In this document: piece by piece, positions 56,551-64,000 of the stretch
How the letters are laid out: each line of letters starts with the position of its first letter
Position numbering within the stretch: position 1 is the stretch's first letter
NCBI GenBank assembly: GCA_048882485.1
Contig: JBHLRP010000003.1
Span: forward strand, 1 to 64,000
DNA from: Candidatus Thorarchaeota archaeon
Lineage (GTDB): Archaea > Asgardarchaeota > Thorarchaeia > Thorarchaeales > Thorarchaeaceae
Direction of reading: 5' to 3'
Length of the DNA: 64,000 nucleotides
Notes under the pieces: generated by a model
What the model saw: the letters and a program-made list of their open reading frames with translations, nothing else
Databases searched by the model: none
Told to the model about the DNA's origin: nothing
Translations under genes and position numbers: made by a program

Positions 56551-58089
56551 CTATCCCCCTTCCTGCCTTTTTTCTGCAATTTCCTTCATGAGAGTATCTT
56601 TTCTTTGAAGGATTCTGGAAAGAACAAGATCAATCGAAACTAGGTCCAGATAGTCATCGATGTAATCAGCATGAACAAATGCTCCCGCTGCCATCGGGTG
56701 TCCACCAGCCTCTACAATTTCCTGCCCTATTGCCTCACTAATTTGCTCACCAGCGCGCACAAATGATTCTTTGAGGTTGACACCTTTGTTCACGAGACTC
56801 TGTCTCGCACGACCTGATATCTTGATTAGCTTGCTTTCTTCAGTGCTGTTGGTACTCACCCCAATGATAGGTTTGTCTATCGGCACGATTCTTGACCCTT
56901 GAGCCATGCCAATGACAATGCCAATGATTGTATCTGAAGTGAGCGGGTCCTTGACGACGTACATTCCCTCCATCTCAGCATACTTGTGTTCCTCTAGTCT
57001 TCTCAAGGCAGCTGCAAGATTTGCACGATGTTGCTGCAGAAGCGCGGTGCCTTCTTGATACGCATCCTCATCCCCAAGGCAAATCTTGACTCCCACATGT
57101 GGCTGTCTATTCCTGCCACAGGCGTTCAGAAGCGTCGAAAATTCCTTTGCCGAACGCATTTCAGTTTCTTCAGGTCGGTTGACTAATGTTATGACATCCC
57201 CCACTATTCCCGTCGCAATTCTTGCGTCGCCGTAGACTTCAATTATGTAGTCGATTAGATATTGAATTACAGTCTGCTTCTCTTTCTTCTGTAGTCCTGC
57301 CCAGATTCTCCAATTGTCGTCAGGATCCTTTACTGGGATCTTGAGTTGTTCAAAGACGCCATAACATGCCGCCTCATTTCCAGTGATTCCTGGAAGATAG
57401 GGTTCTGTGGCATATTCAAGCAAGTAGGGCAAAGGTCTTGTATTAATGCCGAAAAAGGTGAGGTCTTTTCCTAATTTGATGTATCCTGATTCTATTCCTA
57501 ACTGGACAATGTCTTGGTTTATTCCTTGGAAACCTTTGCCGTAATAGTCCTGCAGATCTCCTGTTGCGCCTACAATTGCCAATTCTGTCAGGTCCACATT
57601 CTGATTGGAGAGGGCATATGCTACCAAGAACGCAATCCCTGCCCCGGATATGTCGTATCCCCCGTCGAGCTCGTGTTGATTTGGATTGATCTCGATTAGT
57701 GAATCAGCACTCCTTTCCGCCTCAACGTCCTCATTTGGCAGATGATGATCGAGCACGATTATTCGTTCCACAGCGCCATTTCCGACAATAGAATCTAGGA
57801 TTAGTCCCATCTGACCTGTCCCAAAATCGCTGAAAACCAAGAGGTCTGGCTTGTTTTCCTTGACTAGCTCTTCAACATCAATAATGGTTTCTGAATTCAG
57901 CTGGTGGAGGTTTCGCCATACAACATCTTTCCCCTCTCTTTCCAGCATTTTCACAACGATTGAAAGAGCACTTATTCCATCAGCGTCAATATGAGAAACA
58001 GCGAGAACCTTGCGCGAGGTATGAATTGACTTCACTGCCTCATCAATTCTCTCTTGCATAGACTGTGGCAGTGCTGTTAGAATTGACAC
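56551..58089 (-). CDS. RecJ-like DHH phosphoesterase (archaeal RecJ/GAN-Cdc45 family)
   Basis: HIDADG, SDFG, DHH, GATGD, LLNACGR, GGHPMAAG. Confidence 0.9.
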   Translation of the reverse strand: MSILTALPQSMQERIDEAVKSIHTSRKVLAVSHIDADGISALSIVVKMLEREGKDVVWRNLHQLNSETIIDVEELVKENKPDLLVFSDFGTGQMGLILDSIVGNGAVERIIVLDHHLPNEDVEAERSADSLIEINPNQHELDGGYDISGAGIAFLVAYALSNQNVDLTELAIVGATGDLQDYYGKGFQGINQDIVQLGIESGYIKLGKDLTFFGINTRPLPYLLEYATEPYLPGITGNEAACYGVFEQLKIPVKDPDDNWRIWAGLQKKEKQTVIQYLIDYIIEVYGDARIATGIVGDVITLVNRPEETEMRSAKEFSTLLNACGRNRQPHVGVKICLGDEDAYQEGTALLQQHRANLAAALRRLEEHKYAEMEGMYVVKDPLTSDTIIGIVIGMAQGSRIVPIDKPIIGVSTNSTEESKLIKISGRARQSLVNKGVNLKESFVRAGEQISEAIGQEIVEAGGHPMAAGAFVHADYIDDYLDLVSIDLVLSRILQRKDTLMKEIAEKRQEGG

Positions 58090-58162
58090 CTTTGCTCCTG
58101 TAAATTCCTTCAGAGAGGCAATATAAGTAGGCCTCTCTGTGGCGTTGAGTTATTTTATTTAC

Positions 58163-58504
58163 TCACTCAGCCCCGCGCATCACTCTTGATAGAGCGAGAA
58201 AGATCACAAGAAATACGCTCGCAACGGCAGCTAATGCCTTTGCTATTTTCTGCCAGTTAGTTAATGGGACTTCAAAATCTCGAAGCTCATTTGTGACTCT
58301 CTTGATATAAACTCTCATTTCGGTGTAGAGCGCTTCTTGATCATCAATTCTGGTTGAATACTCTGACCAACTCTTGTAATAAGGTGCTTCTGGTTTTGTC
58401 TGGAGCCATTCATGCCAAGCTCCCAGTATCTTTTCTCTATGTGATTGAGGGAACTGTTCTATACTTTTTCTTACACTGCTTTCCCATTCTGTAGGCAACA
58501 TCAA
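58163..58504 (-). CDS. Tail-anchored small membrane protein
   Basis: Trp-rich helical domain and a single C-terminal TM; GGGTG SD. Confidence 0.75.
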   Translation of the reverse strand: MMLPTEWESSVRKSIEQFPQSHREKILGAWHEWLQTKPEAPYYKSWSEYSTRIDDQEALYTEMRVYIKRVTNELRDFEVPLTNWQKIAKALAAVASVFLVIFLALSRVMRGAE

Positions 58505-58643
58505 TGCGCACCCCTTTATTCTCCCGGCAGAGGGACAGTTCAGTTTCGCCAGGACTGCTATTAAGTATTCACCAGATTTTATCCGCTTTTAAAGGGCAAT
58601 AAGGATATGGTTATGGAAGCGCGCGCTTCTTGAAATGCGCATT

Positions 58644-59171
58644 TTATCGTGCTTGAGCTACTTCCTTTTGCCAGCCCTTCAGATCATTCCTGAGCTTCTG
58701 AACATCTGATGGATTGATTGGATCCACTCTTCCATATGTCTTTAGTATTCTTACCCATCTTTGCATTTTTACAACAAGCTGACCTAGTCCTCCCCTTTGC
58801 TCGAGAGTGCTGGCTGCTTGAGCGATTTTGATGGACAAGTCGCTGGCAATGACTCCCTCTCGAACCTGTGAATCCAGAGTATCAAGTACGGCTTGCAGAC
58901 TCGAAACAGCTCCTTTTTGCTGAAGGGTTGCTGCTTCTACAGGTCGTGCTAGACCAGAAGCGGATATATTCTCAATTTTCGCCATGAGTTCGTCCAGCTT
59001 CTCACTATTGGATGCAACTGCTAGTGATATCTCGGAGTTGGAGTCTTGGACCTCTGTGATTTTTGAGAGGACATCTATCATTCTGTTAAGCATCTGTGTG
59101 AGCCGTTCAATTGCGCCATTGATTTCAGTCAGTTTGGCTCTAACATATGTATCATCGTCACTCATTCGCAT
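58644..59171 (-). CDS. Coiled-coil hypothetical protein
   Basis: N-terminal ~65-aa heptad repeat plus helical C-domain. Confidence 0.78.
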   Translation of the reverse strand: MRMSDDDTYVRAKLTEINGAIERLTQMLNRMIDVLSKITEVQDSNSEISLAVASNSEKLDELMAKIENISASGLARPVEAATLQQKGAVSSLQAVLDTLDSQVREGVIASDLSIKIAQAASTLEQRGGLGQLVVKMQRWVRILKTYGRVDPINPSDVQKLRNDLKGWQKEVAQAR

Positions 59172-59306
59172 CCCTTCTGTAATTTTGGTCGCTCGGGATT
59201 GTCGTCAGTATAGTGGTGATTGCAGGGCTTCTCACATTAAGCTTTCTGTGGTGCAAAAGGGAGCCGCACCTAACTTAAGACCTTTATAGAGGCAATTCGC
59301 CCAGAC

Positions 59307-59693
59307 ATGTCAATAATCGCTTCAAAATGGAGGCTGCGAAAATTGTACGTTGCGAACTACGAAGAACGCGAAAGAACTGAAGTTCCATTGCCGGGCGTTG
59401 CTAAGACAACGATGCGCTGGCTAATTGGTAGACGTACAGGTGCAAAGACATACGCTATGAGGCTTTTTGAGATGCAGCCTGGAGGTATAATCCCACTACA
59501 CTCCCACGGTGAGGAGCATGAGATATTCGTTCTGAATGGCGAAGCCAAGGTATTGGGAGAGAGCAACAAGGATGTGGCGAAGAAAGATGATGTGATCTTC
59601 ATTCCGCCAGATCATCCTCATGGCTATGATAACACAGAAGGAACAGAGGTATTCAGTTTCATCTGTGTTATTCCGTTGCGAGAGAAAACATAG
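59307..59693 (+). CDS. Cupin domain protein
   Basis: PLHSH..EHEIFVL.G, IFIPPD.PHGY; true start probably about 59343. Confidence 0.9.
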   Translation: MSIIASKWRLRKLYVANYEERERTEVPLPGVAKTTMRWLIGRRTGAKTYAMRLFEMQPGGIIPLHSHGEEHEIFVLNGEAKVLGESNKDVAKKDDVIFIPPDHPHGYDNTEGTEVFSFICVIPLREKT

Positions 59694-59747
59694 AGGCTTC
59701 AGAGCCTTAGAGTCACATTCTTTTGTTGCCTAAACACAAAGGCAGGT

Positions 59748-60563
59748 GTGTCTGAGATGGATATTCGTGAGAAGCGCCTTTGGCTATTTGATGTAGACAA
59801 CACCCTCATCCGCGATGTCGAACATCCTGAAGTATTTGAAGACGCAATGAATCTCTGGAACGTATTGCGAGAAAAACGAAAGACAACTGCAATTCTTACC
59901 AATGTGGGGCGTCTATCTTCTCGACAGATTCATGATGTATTGGAATCAGTCGGATTTCGGGTTGAGCACGAGAACACCTTCAGCGCTGGCGCAGCGGCAG
60001 CGGCCTATGTACATAATCGGTCACCTGGTGCCCGCTGTTTCGTTATCAGTGAGGGTGGAGCAACTGAGGACTTTGTGGCAAGGGGTCTGAATGTGACTAG
60101 CAACCCGCCAATTGAGTTTGTGGCAGTTGCAGCAGATCGAGGTCTCACTTATGCAGAACTCAACTTTGCAACGAAGATGGTTCGAAACGGTGCACAACTC
60201 ATCTGTGTCAGCGGCAGCTACGACTACGGGGGAGTATATCTCGGAACTGAGGATGTCTACATTGGAGAACGGTCGATTGTAGCGGCTATTGAACATGCCA
60301 CTGGTGTCACTTCGGTTGTTGTTGGAAAGCCTCTTCCGGAGATTTTCACTGAAACAGTTGCTATTCTAGGTTACAACCCTGAAGATGCAGTAATGGTGGG
60401 TGACAATCCTGCCTCAGACATTGCGGGCGGCAATGCTGCCGGAATGACCACGATACTAGTGAATCGTAACCCGGATAATACTGTTCAGTTTGACTCTCAA
60501 AGTCTTGATCAAAATGCAGACATTTTCGTAAGCAGCCTTGATGAGGTCATCGAGTTTCTTTAG
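59748..60563 (+). CDS. HAD-IIA family phosphatase (NagD-like)
   Basis: FDVDNTL, LTN, GKP, MVGDN..SDI.GG..AG. Confidence 0.92.
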   Translation: MSEMDIREKRLWLFDVDNTLIRDVEHPEVFEDAMNLWNVLREKRKTTAILTNVGRLSSRQIHDVLESVGFRVEHENTFSAGAAAAAYVHNRSPGARCFVISEGGATEDFVARGLNVTSNPPIEFVAVAADRGLTYAELNFATKMVRNGAQLICVSGSYDYGGVYLGTEDVYIGERSIVAAIEHATGVTSVVVGKPLPEIFTETVAILGYNPEDAVMVGDNPASDIAGGNAAGMTTILVNRNPDNTVQFDSQSLDQNADIFVSSLDEVIEFL

Positions 60564-61206
60564 ACGACATCTTCTTTTTGCCACCCAGAGAGGGTTGTAA
60601 GGGCTTTTTAGGTGAAGCGATCCCCTTCAGTTCTTTCCACCAATTATGCCCGCTCCGTACTATGCTTTGAGATTCCTCATGTACCATTTTGCCGATAATC
60701 TCAAAGAGATCAGTGATATTTGAACCATCAAGGGCACTTGTCATGACATAGGGGGCTCCGAGATTCTTGGCAAAATTATTAATGTCCTTCTCTTCAACGC
60801 GGTGCGGTTTCTTGTCAACCTTATTGGCGACTACCACTACTGGCACTTTCCCTCCGATATTCTCCTCAGCTTCCTTGAGCCATTTCGGCAACTGATTGTA
60901 AGTTCGCTTTCTGGTGATGTCACACATGAGTACCAAACCAGTTGCTCCATCATAGAACGATTTGCGAAGTTCTTTGAAGACATCTTGCCCTGCCATATCC
61001 CACAGGATTAATTTGATTGGTGCCTTTTTCTTGCCCTTTCCCAGTGACAAGTCGCGACTAGAATGCTGGACGCCCACAGTTGATTTATAGTCATGCCTGA
61101 ACCAGCCATGAGCCCATCTATTAACGGTGCTCGTCTTGCCTACACTTTCAGGTCCAATGATACAAATCTTGTAGACATATTTGGATCTGACAATTCTAGT
61201 TTCCAT
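60547..61206 (-). CDS. Rab-like small GTPase
   Basis: G1 GPESVGKTS, G2 STVG, G3 WDMAGQ, G4 NKVD, G5 TSAL. Confidence 0.93.
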   Translation of the reverse strand: METRIVRSKYVYKICIIGPESVGKTSTVNRWAHGWFRHDYKSTVGVQHSSRDLSLGKGKKKAPIKLILWDMAGQDVFKELRKSFYDGATGLVLMCDITRKRTYNQLPKWLKEAEENIGGKVPVVVVANKVDKKPHRVEEKDINNFAKNLGAPYVMTSALDGSNITDLFEIIGKMVHEESQSIVRSGHNWWKELKGIASPKKPLQPSLGGKKKMSSKETR

Positions 61207-61319
61207 ATCCTCAAATCATCCTATAGCCATGCGCTAATTATGGTGGAGGCATAAGCTTTGTGGCTTCCGGGACTGCATTTGTTCGCAAGACTCAAAGGCC
61301 TTAGCACCTCTTTGGCATT

Positions 61320-62012
61320 TTGATAGGAATGACCAAATTACCCGAATTGAGATTTGAAGTGAATCGAGAAGGTCTCAGTGTCTGGTTGGCCAAGATTGGC
61401 GACCTCAAACTTGGGAAATCCAGCAAGGAATTCGAGAACTATGAACAGGAGATTTTCAATGAGATTCGGTTTCAAGATGACTTGGAAAGCATGAAGGATG
61501 ACCCTCTATTTCGTTCCTATAGAGATCTCTATTGGACATTTGGCATGGATCCAACAAAGCTGCGTGTTTCTAGTGAAGCATTACGGCGACGTATTCTGCG
61601 TGGGCTTAATCTCTGGAGAATCTCTGATGTAGTTGATGTGGCGAATTTGGCGTCTGCGTATCATAAGCTCCCAATTGGGCTTGTTGATGATGCAAAGCGA
61701 AGTGGGGAATTGAGAATACGAACTGCCAAGAAAAGTGAGGAGTTTGTGAGAATTGGCGGAAAATCTATTCATTGTCGAGGTAGAGAGATTGTTCTTGCAG
61801 ATGATGAGAAGATAATCTGCCTTGGATATGCAACACATGATTCTGAGCTGACAAAAGTCGTTCCTGACACCAAGGATGTTCTCTTTCTAATTTATGGTGC
61901 CCAAGCTGCTACGAATCGAATAATGAATTCGGCAATCGAGATTACAACAGATATGATTGATCGCTGGATACATTGTTCTATGATTGACCATCGCGTCTTC
62001 AGAATTGCATGA
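61320..62012 (+). CDS. B3/4 domain protein (stand-alone PheRS-beta editing-like domain)
   Basis: YR..Y...G.DPTK.R.SSEAL.RR, VVD..N.AS....PIG..D. Confidence 0.88.
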   Translation: MIGMTKLPELRFEVNREGLSVWLAKIGDLKLGKSSKEFENYEQEIFNEIRFQDDLESMKDDPLFRSYRDLYWTFGMDPTKLRVSSEALRRRILRGLNLWRISDVVDVANLASAYHKLPIGLVDDAKRSGELRIRTAKKSEEFVRIGGKSIHCRGREIVLADDEKIICLGYATHDSELTKVVPDTKDVLFLIYGAQAATNRIMNSAIEITTDMIDRWIHCSMIDHRVFRIA

Positions 62013-62023
62013 GCAGAACAGAC

Positions 62024-63991
62024 TTAGAACTGCAGGAATGGTTCTCCCAACACGATTCGCTCAAGCAGGCCTGACTTTGATGCTTTCTTCACAATCTCTT
62101 CGAACCTCTTCTTAAGTCGTGCCTCGTCAACATACTCTGGTTGTTTGACACCCATGGCTTTAATGACTTCAATCATAACGTACTCGAAGTCGTAGACAAT
62201 GAACTCTATCTTCTTTGTCTTTCCCCGCTTTGTTACTTCTTTCTTGACCTTCTTTGCCAGACCCTGCCTAATCGCTGCTTTTGTTTCTTTGAGATAATAT
62301 GTTAACGCCTTCTCATAGTTCAATTCGCCGACCTTGACGAGTTCTTTGAGAAATGGGAGGCCAAATGCCGTCTTCGCAACCTTCTCGATTTTCGCCACAA
62401 ATCCATTCATTAGGTCCTCATACGAAACCATCCCAGCTTGCCCTCGGGTGTCAAACACCTTCTCGTCATTCTTGGCACTCTTGAACCTGGCCTTCTTGGC
62501 AGCCAATTCTTGCTCGCGACGCTTCCTCTCTTCCTCTTCTTTTTTCAGACGTTCTGCTTCTGCCTTGGCCTTCTCAGCTTCCTTGCGTTTTCTTTCCTGC
62601 TCAGCTTTTCTTTCAGCGGCCTTCTTCTCTCGCTCTTTTCGTTCAGCCTCCTCTCTTGCGAGTCGTTCTTGCTCGAGTTTCTTCAAGACCTTCTCTTGCT
62701 CTTCCCTCAGGACCGACATGTGCTTCTGAACATCTTTCTCTGTAAGAGTGATATGCTTCGTGAGAAGCCATCTGACACCGATGTGATTCACCTTTGGTTT
62801 GTGGTCAGCTGAGGAGAAGATGAAACTCGCAGTCTGCTGTCCAGGCAAAGCACCTATGATCTCTTCGGATGCCTTTTCTCCAGCGATTGGTTCAAGTATT
62901 CTCTCTAGTACCTTCAGAGATTGCTCACTGCTAATTCTTCCTGAAGCAATTGAGTTGAACTGCTCAAAGGCCTTGTAATCAATGTCCTTTGGGCTCTGTG
63001 TCGCAATCAGGCATTCAACTCCATATTTTCTAGCCTGCCTAAACAGGAGCAGGAACGTCTCTTTTGGTCCCGGTGCGCGCATGCCTGCGGGAATGAAAGG
63101 TGCCGCCTCATCTTGGAACAGAATCATTCTTGGGTCATCAGTGAATCCTTGGCGCAGCATCCAAGAATAGAGCTGGTTTAGGACGATTGAGATGAAGAAA
63201 TGTTTCTCTTCCTCACTTCTGAGTGTCTTTAGGAAGATTACATTGATTGGTGTCTTACCATCTACTTCCTTAGTAAGATGATCGAAGTCAATCTGCCCTT
63301 CCTCCTTGAAGAGAAGCTGCGATGATCCAACGGTCAATGTCCTAATTCTTGTAGCTAATGTCTGCCTTTCGGTGAACTTCATGTACGGCTCCAAATCAAC
63401 ACCTATTTCTTCAGCAGGAGCTGTCAGCAGATTTGCGAGTTCTTTCAGGTCTTCTACGTCTCTTCCGCTCTCCCAAATTGTCCTTAGAAGCTCGTATAGG
63501 ACAGCAAAGGACTTGCCCTCCCAAGATCTTGAGAGACCACCCACCTTTGTGAGTACCTTTGTCAGTGTCCTTGAGCAATTATCCAGGAGCCGAATGATGT
63601 CGTCTTGGTCGGCCTTTGGATCTGGCAATTTCAATGGATTGATTGAGATGGCGAGACCCTTGCTGCTCGCAGGAGTATAGACTCTTACAATCACCTTATC
63701 CATGTACTCCTTCAGCAAGCTATCCGGAACTCCCTTCTCATTCAGCTGCTTGGGGTCTCCAGGCAGCATTAGTGATGCAATATCGCCCTGTGGGTCAAAT
63801 GCTATAACTGGAATTCCCTCCAGAGCTGCTTCCTCAAGGATGACTTTGCTTAGAACTGTCTTTCCTGATCCAGTCGAACCAAAAATCCCTCCATGTCGAC
63901 GAAGAAGATCCACAGAGATTTCGAATTTCTTTTCGGTTCTCTTTCCATCGTTGTCAAGATAGTTGCCGAGCCATAGCTTCTTGTCTGCCAT
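62024..63991 (-). CDS. HerA/FtsK-VirB4-like ATPase (DUF87/DUF853-like) with charged coiled-coil tail
   Basis: RRH..IFGSTGSGKT, FDPQGD, FQDEA, RQARKYG...ATQSP; E/K/R-rich helix around residues 425-505. Confidence 0.88.
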   Translation of the reverse strand: MADKKLWLGNYLDNDGKRTEKKFEISVDLLRRHGGIFGSTGSGKTVLSKVILEEAALEGIPVIAFDPQGDIASLMLPGDPKQLNEKGVPDSLLKEYMDKVIVRVYTPASSKGLAISINPLKLPDPKADQDDIIRLLDNCSRTLTKVLTKVGGLSRSWEGKSFAVLYELLRTIWESGRDVEDLKELANLLTAPAEEIGVDLEPYMKFTERQTLATRIRTLTVGSSQLLFKEEGQIDFDHLTKEVDGKTPINVIFLKTLRSEEEKHFFISIVLNQLYSWMLRQGFTDDPRMILFQDEAAPFIPAGMRAPGPKETFLLLFRQARKYGVECLIATQSPKDIDYKAFEQFNSIASGRISSEQSLKVLERILEPIAGEKASEEIIGALPGQQTASFIFSSADHKPKVNHIGVRWLLTKHITLTEKDVQKHMSVLREEQEKVLKKLEQERLAREEAERKEREKKAAERKAEQERKRKEAEKAKAEAERLKKEEEERKRREQELAAKKARFKSAKNDEKVFDTRGQAGMVSYEDLMNGFVAKIEKVAKTAFGLPFLKELVKVGELNYEKALTYYLKETKAAIRQGLAKKVKKEVTKRGKTKKIEFIVYDFEYVMIEVIKAMGVKQPEYVDEARLKKRFEEIVKKASKSGLLERIVLGEPFLQF

Positions 63992-64000
63992 TTGTTGCCA

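Noticed and set aside
62490-62710. CT-rich repetitive DNA
   Set aside because: Explained by the E/K/R-rich helix of the ATPase on the minus strand; not a repeat array
1-64000. CRISPR arrays, tRNA/rRNA genes, transposases or integrases
   Set aside because: None recognised by eye; tRNAscan-SE, Infernal and ISEScan runs would be needed to exclude them fully

Overview
This is a gene-dense archaeal chromosomal window, most likely from an Asgard archaeon of the Thorarchaeota type. That placement is inferred from archaeal MetRS, MTAP and RecJ/GAN-type genes, GGTGA/GGAGG Shine-Dalgarno (SD) motifs, TATA promoters, a Rab-like GTPase, and many TPR and LRR genes. Housekeeping and metabolic genes include metG, a non-pyrrolysine MttB, a B12 radical SAM enzyme, several peptidases, purine salvage (mtnP plus a PRT), nucleotide-sanitising enzymes (MazG, Nudix, HAD), two tandem ferredoxins, and a uvrB-uvrA-uvrA-(TPR/Cys)-uvrC repair cluster with two full-length, translationally coupled UvrA paralogs. 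I saw no tRNA, rRNA, CRISPR array or transposase. The least explained region is about 19.3-21.8 kb, built around a double-wHTH Lrp/AsnC-like regulator. It holds a candidate stand-alone ~70-nt RNA with a cUUCGg hairpin and its own TATA box, an array of GGCA-N17/18-TGCC sites inside a long inverted repeat, and two small basic ORFs, one behind a highly structured ~190-nt leader. Two more 38-aa basic micro-ORFs missing from the ORF track (132-248, 26840-26956) also lie downstream of structured elements, and a 26-aa Asp/Glu/Trp micropeptide sits at 50974-51054. Several proteins resemble eukaryotic families (PRMT, Cwh43/PGAP2IP, R-SNARE-like coil, Rab with a lipidation-free tail). All family calls are from motif recognition by eye; no database searches were run.
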